Origin: Eledone cirrhosa
Lineage: Eukaryota
Reading direction: 5' to 3'
DNA: 64,000 bases
Assembly: GCA_964016885.1 (NCBI GenBank)
Contig: OZ024746.1
Span: 20,150,001 to 20,214,000 of the forward strand
In this document: positions 12,391-25,275 of the stretch, one piece after another
Numbering within the stretch: the stretch's first letter is position 1
Layout of the letters: the number at the start of each line of letters is the position of its first letter
Translations under genes and position numbers: made by a program
Notes under the pieces: model-generated
Databases searched by the model: none
What the model was told of the DNA's origin: nothing
The model's input: the letters and a program-made list of their open reading frames with translations, nothing else

Positions 12391-13554
12391 TTTAGTTGTG
12401 GTCGGTGTGTGTGTGTTTGTATATATTGCTTTTGTTTTCATTCAGCATCATGTCATTCTTCATTGCTTTTCTCTACTAATGAATTACAAATGATTTATGT
12501 TGCCACAGTCATTATGTATTTGTTAACAATGAATCAATTGGTCTTATAATGTGTTTCTATATCTAATTTTTGCATAATTTCTTGTGTGTGTGTGGAGGGG
12601 GGGGGGGGGGGGGTCATTGTTTTTGAATATATTTTGATCTACAATTAATTCCTTCTATAATACAACGAATCCAGAGTTAATACATAACAACACACATTTG
12701 TTTGTAGGCGCATGCGCGATATGTGTTTGGTTTGCGGCAATATTGACGGGAGTTTAGATTTCGGGTTAACTTGAAGTCCTTTAATCCTCACAACAGTATT
12801 GTTCTTATATTTGAATAAAACTTATAAAAATCGCGTGTTTTTGTTTTTTTACACTATTTTATAACTGGCTACTGTTTAACATATACCTAATGATGGGAGG
12901 AAACTGGTACTTCAGAAGATCTTGACGTTTATCATAAACCCCTATAATCTAAAATAGAAATGAAAAAGAAAAAAAAAATGAATAGAATACTGAAATCAGG
13001 TCAACAAGCCTTCAATGTCCTGGCTCGTTAAGAAATGCATTGTTTTAGTTGGTAATACTTGTTTTGGTTCATGTGAGCAACATGTGCGAAGGAAAGAAAA
13101 GAAAGTGTTTCGCTATATGAACAGGAATTCATAATATTGTATTTCTTCGAGTGTTCTACACACACAAGATGAAGGTCACAGTTATTCAAAATAACCTTCT
13201 GTCTTTTTTGTCTTTTTAACGAAGCGTCTAATAATGAGGAAGTAAGCAGATCTCTAAAGCCATCAAGACTAGACAATTATTTTGATAAAGGTCAAGAAGA
13301 TAACATTTGTACCGGAAGTTCCTTAAGGTCTTCATTATGTAGTTCATGTTATTATTGTTCTATATACAAAGAGGCTGGAGTAAAACTTAATACAGAGTAA
13401 ATCACTAAATAAAGCTTCAAACAGTGACAGGATGTTGTGAAATAACGAACTCCAACTATAGGCCAGAGCCAATGAGGTAAATCCAAGGCAAAGTTATTGC
13501 TAATTGAAATCTATATAGAACACCAACTGCATGTATAAGTATATAAATAATGGT

Positions 13555-14307
13555 GGAGTCAAAGGGTCGCCGCAGAAACGTACGGCATTTCTAGGGCATT
13601 TTGAAAAACCTGGTAGTACCCATCTCCTCTTCAGGTCTGAATACAGAAAATTTCTTCCAGAGAAGGATAGAACATGAGAGAAAGGAAGTGAGAAAGAGAT
13701 ATAAAGGAAGAATCGACCGCAGTAATTGACTAATACTTTTTTATCGACCTCAAATAGATGAAAGGCACAGTTGGCCTCGGTGGGATTTGAACTCAGGGAG
13801 CAGAGAGCCGGCATGAGTGCAGCAGAGCATTTTATCTGACGTTCTAACCACTCTACCATTTTATCTGACGTTCTAACCACTCTACCATTTTATCTGACGT
13901 TCTAACGACTCTACCATTTTATCTGACGTTCTAACCACTCTACCATTTTATCTAACGTTCTAACCACTCTACCATTTTATCTGACGTTCTAACCACTCTC
14001 CCATTTTATCTGACGTTCTAACCACTCTACCATTTTATCTGACGTTCTAACCACTCTACCATTTTATCTGACGTTCTAACCACTCTCCCATTTTATCTGA
14101 CGTTCTAACCACTCTCCCATTTTATCTGACGTTCTAACCACTCTACCATTTTATCTGACGTTCTAACCACTCTCCCATTTTATCTGACGTTCTAACCACT
14201 CTCCCATTTTATCTGACGTTCTAACCACTCTCCCATTTTATCTGACGTTCTAACCACTCTCCCATTTTATCTGACGTTCTAACGACTGTCTGACAATTCG
14301 CCGCCTA
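13555..14307 (-). mobile_element. Long-tailed SINE with an internally amplified head
   Basis: B-box at ~13783-13796, core gcctttcatctatttgaggtcgataaa, tail shared with 24520 and 59815. Confidence 0.8.
13829..14285. repeat. 29-bp minisatellite, ~16 copies
   Basis: Unit attttatctgacgttctaaccactct(a/c)cc. Confidence 0.95.
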
Positions 14308-14402
14308 GAACACCAAATTCATTTTTTTTTTTCTTTTTAATTAGGAAAATGTCAAGAAGAATCACTGGAATGACACTATATATATATATAGTGTCATTAT
14401 AT

Positions 14403-14535
14403 GAGAATTAGCCGTCGAAACGGCTTGAGCTCAGCTGTCGGGGTCTTACTGGTTCCTATTACCCACTCTACTACCTCAAGTATTGAGTACTTTGGTGAGT
14501 TATGGTCCACCTGGTTCCTTACCACATTTCCTTCG

Positions 14536-14538
<3 letters not shown>
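14403..14538 (+). mobile_element. 5'-truncated copy of the 6.5-kb hammerhead-bearing repeat (3' half of ribozyme only)
   Basis: gaattagccgtcgaaacggcttgagctcagctgtcggggtc...ccttcgtta then (TA)n; near-identical to 6574-6707. Confidence 0.85.
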
Positions 14539-14607
<69 letters not shown>

Positions 14608-15176
14608 TAGAGAGAGAGGGGGTAGATAGATAAGAAACAATTAAATTGCTTGAGGTAACACGTATCGAAAATACATCTGCATAACAATATAAAAAAGAAC
14701 AAAAAAAAAAGGAAATGAAAAAAAAATTAAGCAACAAAAGCGATGGAGAGGAGAATGGACAGACACTATACCCGAGTCTGAGCTGTGTTTCAGCTGCGCC
14801 CCATGGACAAAATGACAAAGGCATTACCGCAGAAAATGGCCAGGGACACCCTCTGCAACCACTGTCACTTTATTGACGCTATGTTGCAGCCAATTTCTTT
14901 ATTATTAGGAAAATACTTTCGGATGCCATAAAAATATTTTTTTTTGTTGATTTGATTTACCATTTATGTTGTTCTTGTTGAATTGTTTTTGTGCTGTTGT
15001 TGCTGAACTATTTTTCCTGTTGTTTCATTTTGTTTAATAATTGTATCAGATTGTATTTAGATTGATGTTGATGTTCTTGATGTTGTCGCCATCTTAAACA
15101 ATTCTTATACAATGAGAGAACATTTTCTAAACAGTTTTTGATACGATCACACCATCCTAAACAAGAATAAAAACTC

Positions 15177-15232
<56 letters not shown>

Positions 15233-15602
15233 TAAAAAAATTAATTCTTAATTCTACTCGAAATATCCCAGGGGACAAACAAGTCGTTTGCAGGACAACA
15301 GCTTAAAAAATTCTGTCGTCGCTTTCAACTTCAAACCTTCATATGAGAGAGAAAGAAAGAGACAGCAAGATAAAGAAGGAAGGAAAGACAGAGTCAAAGA
15401 CAAATGAAATTATAAACCAGATAAACTAAACTATTGCGCAACAACAGATTCCAGCATTAAGTTATGCAAGTGTTTCTATTTTTTTGTATCGTCGTCTTTT
15501 ACGTTGCTGAATTTTCTCGTCATTAAAATTTCTGAGTCAACTGGTTAGGAGTGTTTTAAGAACGGACGGGTGTGACATCAAACACACGCACATACAGATA
15601 CA

Positions 15603-15660
<58 letters not shown>

Positions 15661-16199
15661 CGTGTGTGTGTGTGTGTGTGTGTGTTTATATATATATATA
15701 ATATATAGAGTGTGTGCATGAAATTATATGGCCATCTGAAACGAATCTCTTTTATTTTAATGTGATCACTATCTATATATATGTGTAGTGTGTGTGTGTG
15801 TAGTGTAGTGTGTGTGTGTGTGTGTGTAGTGTGTGGGGGGGGGGGGGGGGCGTGTCTGTGTGTATGTGTGAAAACCCGAATGCCAGTGAAATAAAGAAAT
15901 AAGTGGCAGTGAAAAGCATACGTCCTTAAAAGAGAAGTACAGTCCATATTGAAGCAGACTATATTTCGTAGTAAGTAATAGTAAGTAGTTTCAGTGATTA
16001 CAGTATTTGACAAACAAGACTGGATAAATTGGATAAATGACAGCTGACTACCACCATTTTCGTTAGGTTTTCAAACCGATTTAAAATAGCAGTACAGAGA
16101 AACTTGTATATAACTAATAGATGCCTATTGACGGCGTTTGGTGCGGTTACTTGTGTTGATGGTTAACAACAAATTGACTAAAATAAACATCTATTATTA

Positions 16200-16960
16200 T
16201 CATGGCAGTATCGGTAGAGGGTCAGACGCCATGCTTTCCAGCATAGTTACGTCCCTTTATGATCTGAGTTCAAATTCCGCCGAGGTTAACTTTGCTTTTC
16301 ATCCTTACGGGGTCGATAAAATAAAGTACCAGTAATGTACTGGGTGATTGCTGGCCTTGTGCCAAAAAGTAGAAACAATTATTATCTTTCGCGGGATTTG
16401 TTCCGGACCTTTACGTTCTGAGTCCTCCCCACCCCCAAAAAACTATGGCCTTGTAACTAAATCAAAAACGTTATTCAATTACAGCCCTTTAGATTCTGAG
16501 TTCAAATTCCGCCGAGGTCAATGTTGCCTTTCATCCTTGCGGGGTCGATAAACTAAAACACCAGTAATTCACTGGGGTACTCCGGTCGACTTAATCACCT
16601 TTCTCCCCCCCCCCAGTTGTTATCCTTGCGCCTAATTCAGAAAGCATTATCAGCATATAGTTACGGCCCTTTAAGTTGAATTCAAATCCTATAGAGGTTA
16701 GCATTGCCTTTCATCCTTACGGGGTCAACAAAATAAATTACCAGTAATACACTGTGTTCGATGTTAATCAACTTTCCCCTCGCCCTAAAATTGTTGGCCT
16801 TGTGCCTAAATAAGAAACCATTATTCATAAGGGCAGTGGATTGGCAAAATCGGTAGAGCGTCAACACCATGTTTCGCAACATAGAGTTACGTCCCTTTGC
16901 GTTCCGAGTTCAAATCCCGCCGACGTTAGCTTTGCCTTTCATCTTTACCGGATCGATACA
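16200..16960 (+). mobile_element. Cluster of ~5 partial SINE family A copies
   Basis: Repeated gagttcaaat/gcctttcatcc cores at ~16266, 16498, 16678 and 16906. Confidence 0.85.
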
Positions 16961-17025
16961 ATCATACATATACACATACACATATATATATATATATACA
17001 TACATATATACATACATATACACGT

Positions 17026-17060
<35 letters not shown>

Positions 17061-17564
17061 TACATATATACATACATATACACATACATATATACATACA
17101 TATACACATACACATACACATACATATATACATACATATATACATACATATATACATACATATATACATACATATACACATACACATACACATATATATA
17201 TACATACATATATACATACATATACACATACACATACACATACATATATACATACACATACACATACATATATACATACACATACACATACGTATATACA
17301 TACATATTCACATACATATATACATACATATATACATACATATATACATACATATGCACACAAACATACATAAACACTTACAAAATGCATGCCCTTATCT
17401 GCATACATCTGTGCGTGCATAAAAGAGAACCACGTACCATATAGTCAAATTGTAATCATTATAAAGAATGTTTAATGATGGTTAAACTATACTAAAGCTT
17501 TCATGCAATTTTAATGTAAACATATACAGCAATGACGACAAATAAAGAGAAAAAGGACCCATAT

Positions 17565-17568
17565 ACAG

Positions 17569-17626
<58 letters not shown>

Positions 17627-17985
17627 CTAAATACATATAGTCACACATTCAACCACAAAGCCACAAACGTTTATATATATACATACGCCTGCATATGACC
17701 GTGTTAATGCATATATTATGTAAATATATTCACTTGACGTCGGGGTGTAAAATGTAAGTACGAGCCATAACATATAGTCAACGACAGTCACACACACACA
17801 CACACACACATCTAAATACATATAGTCACACATTCAACCACAAAGCCACAAACGTTTATATATACATAAGCCTGCATATGACCGTGTTAATGCATATATT
17901 ATGTAAATATATTCACTTGACGTCGGGGTGTAAAATGTAAGTACGAACCATAACATATAGTCAACGACAGTCACACACACACACA
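17565..17985. repeat. Tandem duplication of a ~185-bp unit carrying (CA)n
   Basis: tctaaatacatatagtcacacattcaacc at 17626 and 17811. Confidence 0.9.
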
Positions 17986-18031
17986 TACACACACACACAT
18001 ACAGATACACACATACAGATACACACTAACA

Positions 18032-18118
<87 letters not shown>

Positions 18119-18178
18119 TTGTACATATATATATATATATACACACATACATATATGAATAAATAAACAAACAAATAA

Positions 18179-18222
<44 letters not shown>

Positions 18223-18245
18223 TATATATATATATATATATATAC

Positions 18246-18289
<44 letters not shown>

Positions 18290-18385
18290 TGTTCATACTA
18301 ACATAAAATACATATATGTCAATGCGAATGTATATTTTTATGTAAATATGTATGCATAGAGACGCATAATTTAATATATGCATTA

Positions 18386-18464
<79 letters not shown>

Positions 18465-18706
18465 GAGAGAAGGGAGAGAGATAGTAAGGGTCTATTGTTT
18501 GTTTGTTCCAGTATCCTTTTGTCATATTTTGATGTAATGTAAATTCAAATTGGGGCGTTGTTTGTGTATATGTTGATTTTAATTTTTTCGTTTATTTTAT
18601 TATTACATCTTTTATTCGAAATACCATCCTGACAGACATTTATCAATACATTGCGAGCACGACCTGGTATAATACCATTGGCATCAGAGAAACCTTTATC
18701 TAAATC

Positions 18707-18739
<33 letters not shown>

Positions 18740-18743
<4 letters not shown>

Positions 18744-18967
18744 AACCAGTAAGACCCCGACAGCTGAGCTCAAGCCGTTTCGACGGCTAATTCTGGACGG
18801 GTCCAGAATTAGCCGTCCAGAATCTGGACCGGTCCAGAATTAGCCGTCGAAACGGCTTGAGCTCAGCTGTCGGGGTCTTACTGGTTCCTATTACCCACTT
18901 TACTACCCCAAGTATTGAGTACTTTGGTGCGTTATGGTCCACCTGGTTCCTTACCACATTTCCTTCG

Positions 18968-18970
<3 letters not shown>
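18740..18970 (+). mobile_element. Hammerhead-bearing repeat with inverted 5' duplication
   Basis: 18740-18797 is the reverse complement of 18832-18890; (TA)n on both sides. Confidence 0.85.
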
Positions 18971-19021
<51 letters not shown>

Positions 19022-19051
19022 AGATCAAAAGATGGTTAAATGAGTTCCATG

Positions 19052-19122
19052 TATTTTATTATGCGCATTTCAAAAACAAATATCATCATGCAATAACATT
19101 TGTGTTTTCATCAGATAAAATA
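19052..19122 (-). ncRNA. Type I hammerhead ribozyme, canonical core
   Basis: tattttat CTGATGA aaacacaaatgtta-ttgcatga-tgatatttgttttt GAAA tgcgcaT A ataaaata: 8-bp stem I, ~14-bp stem II, palindromic stem III. Confidence 0.85.
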
Positions 19123-19226
19123 GGAGGACATGATATGAAGGTTAAAAACACTTGTGGATAGTGCAGTTTTAAATCAACATATCTGCACTATCCACAAGTG
19201 TTTTTAACCTTCATATCATGTCCTCC

Positions 19227-19297
19227 TATTTTATCTGCTGAAAACACAAATGTTATTGCATGATGATATTTGTTTTTGAAATGCGCATAATAAAATA
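19227..19297 (+). ncRNA. Inverted copy of the same hammerhead with core change A6C (CTGCTGA)
   Basis: Reverse complement of 19052-19122 except for one core base. Confidence 0.7.
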
Positions 19298-19416
19298 CAT
19301 GGAATTTATGTAGTACAATAAAGCAATGCAGATATTGGATAAGTAGCACTCTACAGTTTGTAGGACTGGAGTATATATAATATATAAGATCAAAAGATGG
19401 TTAAAAGAGTTCCATG

Positions 19417-19487
19417 TATTTTATTATGCGTATTTCAAAAACAAATATCATCATGCAATAACATTTGCATTTTCGTCAGATAAAATA
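19417..19487 (-). ncRNA. Type I hammerhead ribozyme, tandem copy (CTGACGA)
   Basis: tattttat CTGACGA ...stem II... GAAA tacgcaT A ataaaata, offset 365 nt from the first copy. Confidence 0.8.
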
Positions 19488-19984
19488 GGGAGACATGATA
19501 TGAAGGTTAAAACACACTTGTGAATAGTGCAGTTTTAAATCAACATAAATCAACATATGTTGATTTAAAACTAGTAGTTGGAAATGTTGGGTGAACATGT
19601 CTGTAAGAATTCTAGCTACGTTTAGGATATGAAAGACTCTTGGAACACTCTTGGGGAGAAGGAATCGATCGAATTTATTACTCTTTATTTATTGGTTTTC
19701 AGTAAAACATGAGATGTGTCCTACTGGACGTTGACTTTGTAAATTATTTACTAGTTTTATATAAATTGCCGCTTGATTTACATTTAGATCTCATTTCTAT
19801 TTCAATTTGTTGAGTCTTCTTCTACGTGTGCAGGAATTTGTATGCAAACACGAGTGGCGTATTACGGTCACGGTAGAAAATATTGCTTACTCTCCCTTGT
19901 TACGTGACACATAGCTGAAAACGTTAACCGACTGAGAATACAAGAATCCACCCTAGATAGGTTAACCTCAGAAGGTTAAAGTCT

Positions 19985-20283
19985 GTCTCGAGCCCGGAAG
20001 TCCATCAGGCCGGGGCCCTATCCAGGTTTCGGTAGTGTTAAGCGACTGAGAGTACAAGACTTTCCCCTAGGCAGGACACCAGTACAATACAGGGTTAAAC
20101 ACCCATGTATTGCTGCTGCTGCTGCTGCTGCTGCTGCTACTCATTTTCAGCTGAGTGTATTGGAGCAACGTGAAATGAAGGGTTTTGCTCAAGAACACAA
20201 CACGCAACCCAGTCCAGGAATCGAACCCATGACATTATGATCATAAGTCCTACACACTTACTACTAGGCCACACGCCTTCACT
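19985..20283 (-). mobile_element. SINE family B
   Basis: Minus: ggcgtgtggcctagtag A-box and ggttcgattcc B-box; similar to 10770-11045. Confidence 0.8.
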
Positions 20284-20378
20284 AAACATCTTTCCTGTGC
20301 TGCAAATGTCGTCCATTGACGGCGCTTTTTCCGAATGAAAGTTCAAATATTTACTATTGAATTTCAATCAATTCTTTA

Positions 20379-20487
20379 TCATCTCCCCGGCAGGGCAGAG
20401 TGGCTGGCTCCCTGTCATCTTCCCGGCAGGGCAGAGTGGCTGGCTCCCTGTCATCTCCCCGGCAGGGCAGAGTGGCTGGCTCCCTGT
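20379..20487. repeat. 36-bp GC-rich tandem repeat, 3 copies
   Basis: tcatctccccggcagggcagagtggctggctccctg at 20379, 20415 and 20451. Confidence 0.95.
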
Positions 20488-20600
20488 CGAAAGTTAGGTT
20501 TGAGGAGCAAGACATAAATCTAAACCGTATATATTTTTTGAATATTTGTTTCAATTGTTGTATCACTCTGTATAACGAATTATTTGTGAACCTGCGCATG

Positions 20601-20777
<177 letters not shown>

Positions 20778-20974
20778 CGTGCGTGCGTAGGGGTGTACAT
20801 TTATAACTCGATCTATATATGTATTTGAATACACATTCCTGATCGTTCAGATATTTCATTGCGGTTTAACGTGACATTTATTATTATTCATTTCAACCTA
20901 ATTTGAATAAGACTATAGAACCTGAAATGAAGAGATGTCGTTGAAATTAAGATACTGCTACTACTAATAATAAT

Positions 20975-21118
20975 AATAATGGTTTCTTATTTAGGCACAA
21001 GACCAGCAATTTGGGGGGAAGGGAAAGTCGATTAAATAGACCCCAGTGCGTGACTGGTACTTTATTTTATCGACACCGTAAGGATGAAATGCAAAGCTAA
21101 CCTCGGCGGCATTTAAAC
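20975..21118 (-). mobile_element. SINE family A fragment
   Basis: ctggtactttattttatcgac..aaggatgaaa core. Confidence 0.8.
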
Positions 21119-21149
21119 TAACCAATAATAAGAATTGGTGTATCTTCTA

Positions 21150-21395
21150 ACTGATGCAAAAAATGTCTTCTAATTATTATTAGAAGACATTATATCTATC
21201 AATGAAATGGAGAAATTATCCAAATATAAAGATCTAGAGATAGAAATAACCTGAATATGGATGATGAAAATAGAAACCTTCCCTATAATAATAGGTACTG
21301 CGGGAATGATAGAAAAACACACAGACAGATACATAACCAAAACGCCAGGACTTACAAATACTTATAGTACAAAGACAATAGCACTACTAGACACT
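21150..21395 (+). pseudogene. R4/Dong-clade non-LTR endonuclease C-terminal remnant
   Basis: Manual translation EMEKLSKYKDLEIEIT*IWMMKIETFPIIIGTAGMI...TPG...IALL. Confidence 0.7.
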
Positions 21396-22611
21396 GGAAA
21401 TATAACGATTCTGGTATTGCTAAAAACTCACTTTTGAGTACTTATGCTGCTTCATGTGATTTATCACCAGGTTTTTTTTGTTGATTTTTTTTTTCAAAAC
21501 AAAATGGTAGGAGTTACCTTTTAATGGCAGATTTTCTACTTAAGAGCTGAAGACAGGGGAAAATCAATCGGTTCTCTAGGATTCCGGTCAGTTTAGCGAC
21601 AAAACTATATAAACTTACGGAGCGATATGTAACACGTTGTGTCGAGACACAAAATTACTAATAATAAAAATAATAATAATTTCTTTCATTTAACCACTAA
21701 GAGCAGTTGCATACTCTCTTCATTCATAAATACAAAGTATTTAATGCTGAAAGGGATTTTATGGATTATAGCAAACGAAGGCACATAAATAAAAAAACGA
21801 GAGGAGAGCAAAATACATTATACACCAGATGCAGAGTAAGTTTGAGAATTTATAGAAAACATAAATAATATATAGAATAATTAAAAGTATAATAAAAGTC
21901 ACAGTAAGTAAAACAAGGTTTAGTTCATAATAAGGATAAACCAGCTACTACAGATAAATGAAATACCTCCACCTACGTTGATCAAGGTAACCTACAGTTC
22001 TGATTACACAATGAATTTATTATAACTCAATCTTCTGTAAAAGAGATCATGGTTCAGAATGGTCAAGTAAGGACCCACATCTTACGATTTAGTGGCTTCT
22101 AATGTACAGTATGTACAGTAACCATAGTCGGAGCACTTTATCAATAACACATCTAACGATCAGTATCTCGTATGAAAAGTGTTAATGTATATTATAAGTA
22201 TTTGTATTGACACGTTGTTGGCTACTCGGTGGGCAGTGTTTTTTTCATTTTCGGAGAGAAAATGTGTTCCTCCTTATCAGCTATAGTTAACCTTCACGAG
22301 AAAAGAATTGCCCTTAATGGGCAATGTTACTGTTGTTGTTGTGGGCTACCCGATGGTATGCCTTACACTGGAAATTGGAGAAAAAATCGTCTTCGCTCAA
22401 AACTGAACTGCTATACGAAATCCCGTCACCATTTAGATTTATAAAAGAAAAGATTTATAAAAGAAAAGATTTCGTTTTTCTTAGATTCAAAAATCCAAAT
22501 GTTTCCCCTTTGTGGCGCAAACTGATGGTTGATCTATTGACATAACAAAGTACCGCAAATTATTAACAATGTTTTTTAATTAACAATATATGAGTTAAGA
22601 ATACAAAACTA

Positions 22612-22806
22612 CCCCTCCACCTGGACAGGATGCCAGTCCATCACAGGGTAAAACTCCCAGCTATTGTTGCTGGTACTTATTTTCAGCTGAGTATAACGGA
22701 GCAACGTGAAATGAAGTGTTTTACTCAAGAACACAAAACATAACCCAATCCAGGAATCGAACTCTCGACATTATGATCGTAAGTTCAAGACCTTTACCAT
22801 TAGGCT
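22612..22806 (-). mobile_element. SINE family B fragment
   Basis: tttcagctgagt..ggagcaacgtgaaatgaagtgttt..ccaggaatcgaac. Confidence 0.8.
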
Positions 22807-24149
22807 AATTCTATGTAGTACTTCCGTTGTGACGAATGGGCACCAGATTATTTTGAGCTGTCTTTTTGTACTTCTCTATAAGTCGTAAAAAAAAAAAGCG
22901 TGGAGAATAGGTAATAGCTCTAGTTCGGAATAGGAATGATTGAACAGGGTGTTTTTTTTTTTAATCCAATTACTCTTCATCAGAACTACAGTACTTGGTC
23001 GGAGATCGTGATGAAACAAAGTCGTCGTAACGAAAAGTTCGGCGTAGTTTGCTAATTTAAAAAAGCAAAGGCATTCGTAGGATCAATAGAAATAACTTGA
23101 AATTTCTGAGCTAATATTTGGAGCATATTTTTCAGTGATATTTTGTCAGTTAGTTAAATGGTTTCCATTTTTTTTTTTTTTTTTTTCTACCCCTGGTTTA
23201 ACGTGTTTGTGGGTTTAGAAGTTGACCTTGTTTCAACCAGAATGTCAAACTGCTTAAATATTTAATCAGAGGGACAAAAGAGAAAATTTATATATATATC
23301 TTAATGCACAGAGATATCCGTATATTTCATTGTTTTAACATATATCTTAATGCTTATAAATTATGGTTACAACTACACAAGTTGATATAGTGACCATAGG
23401 TTTAATCTTTCGTATCCTAGTAACTGTGTTGCGTTATCTCCATGATGAAGACAATTAAGATTATTATGTACTATAAGAAGCATAGTTCACCAACTATAAA
23501 ACAGAGGCGTTGATTAGTTGAAAAGTGCTAAGGTCAACGCGTCTCATGACGAAAGCCGCGACAAGCTGACATTTTCTAAGATCATTGCATGAACCCAACG
23601 AAGCAAATTAGATGAGAGGCCACACTTACCAAGTAAAGACAGATTTAAGATACAAGTCCCACCAACCACATCAATAATGTTTGCTGGCAAAATGTTTAAT
23701 GACTTTACGCCCAAATAAAATTTATTCATAAAGAACCTTTATTCGACATTTGCGAACTTTATTATATTTATGTGCGTTTTAGTTTACGAATAATTAACCG
23801 AAATTTTTGGAATTTCTCCATGGTGGGCTTTTGTTTTTTATTCTACTCGCTCATCTAATTTTTGGTGTCAGAATTAATTCTCAAATTGTTGTAATTACAC
23901 AACATATATATAACTATTCGCTACATACTTAGACGTATTAATATCCCCATTATATCTAACTATTCGCTACATACTTAGATGTATTAATATCCTCGTTATG
24001 AATTAAACTTATTGTTACAATTTGATAATCTCATTCCCATCTTGCATTTTTTATCTTTATTAAGCGTATCCAGTAGTTTCGTTAAAACAGATACTTATGA
24101 AACTAGAAACAAGAAGAATAAGCTAGCCTAAGAGAATAGCGATACTTAC

Positions 24150-24218
24150 GTCAAACGTTCGTTAATTTCGGATAAGTATGCAATCAATTCTCTTCCCGCA
24201 CTTCTCGAAGTGACAAAT
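24150..24218 (-). CDS. Candidate 69-nt internal exon of an unidentified host gene
   Basis: Acceptor ctttcctttctgttatcAG, donor GTAAGT, single open frame FVTSRSAGRELIAYLSEINERL; no homology recognised. Confidence 0.3.
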
Positions 24219-24519
24219 CTGATAACAGAAAGGAAAGTACATTTAAATTCCAAATTAGTAAATTTGTTAAAACCGAGCAACAAGTTTCTAAAATTATATC
24301 TGAAAATCAGAAATATTTCGAGCAAAGATTTTCTAACGCAGCCTAAACATAAAATATCTTGTTCGGAGATTACATTTTTATTCTTCAGAATAAACCTTTT
24401 ATTCTTCAGAATAAACCTTTTATTCTTCAGAATGAACCCAGTTTACTTAATATAGTAAAGAGTATCATTTAAAGAAGAGATAAACAAAGAATATTTTTAT
24501 AATGTAACTTCGCATGTAT

Positions 24520-24826
24520 GGTCCCGTAACTCCAGAGTGTGTCGTAGGGCGCCCTATTGACATACAGAATTTCTAGGGCATTTTTAAACATGCCAGAGCC
24601 CATCTCCTCTCCAGGTCTGAACACAGCAGATTTCTTCCAGAGAAGGATAAAAAGTGAGAGAATGAAAGTGAGAAAGATATATATAGGACGAATCGATCCC
24701 AGTAGTTGACTGTCACTTTTTTATCGATCTCAAATGGATGGAAAGCAAAGTTGACCTCAGCTGGATTTGAACTCAAACAACAGAGAGCCGAAACTAATAC
24801 GACAAAGCATTCTATCCGACGCCACG
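24520..24826 (-). mobile_element. Long-tailed SINE
   Basis: B-box ggatttgaactc on the + strand, shared core and tail. Confidence 0.8.
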
Positions 24827-24924
24827 TTCTTCCAGAGAACCTATCGCTAGTGACATACGGCCTGTATACAAATAACATTTCACAGATTGATATAGTCGTT
24901 CCAGTCCATTAAACCGCAATTTGT

Positions 24925-25275
24925 CAGATTAGGCTTCTACCTGTTAATGGCACCATGTAACACAGAACAGCCTGTTTCATGGTCGAGTGGTTGGCAACTA
25001 AACCGGTTCCCCCCACCAGACCCTGGTCTGCTGAGGAGGGTAAGTGGTAGCTCTGCAGCACAAAAAACAAGAGCTGTAAAAAAAAGGGTAGATGGACTCC
25101 AGAGTCAAGGGCCATCCACGCCAACTATGGGTTAAATAACCTCAGCAATTCGCAATTGGTCAAGTGTGGCGTGTACAGCTACACACCCGGCATGACCAAA
25201 ACCAACAGAAAGCGATGGAGGTCAACCAGGAAAGGGTCCCTCTAACACGAGTGAGAAGGCCTTGAGTTGGATTGG
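24925..25275 (+). mobile_element. RTE 5'UTR-like dispersed repeat
   Basis: Similar to 57515-57838 and to the head of the 45895 element (ccatgtaac..actaaaccgg..gaggaggg..aaaaacaaga). Confidence 0.6.

Noticed and set aside
21540-21580. agag CTGAAGA caggg GAAA...ctct hammerhead-like string
   Set aside because: Stem II is essentially absent and stems I and III cannot both form in register; chance match likely
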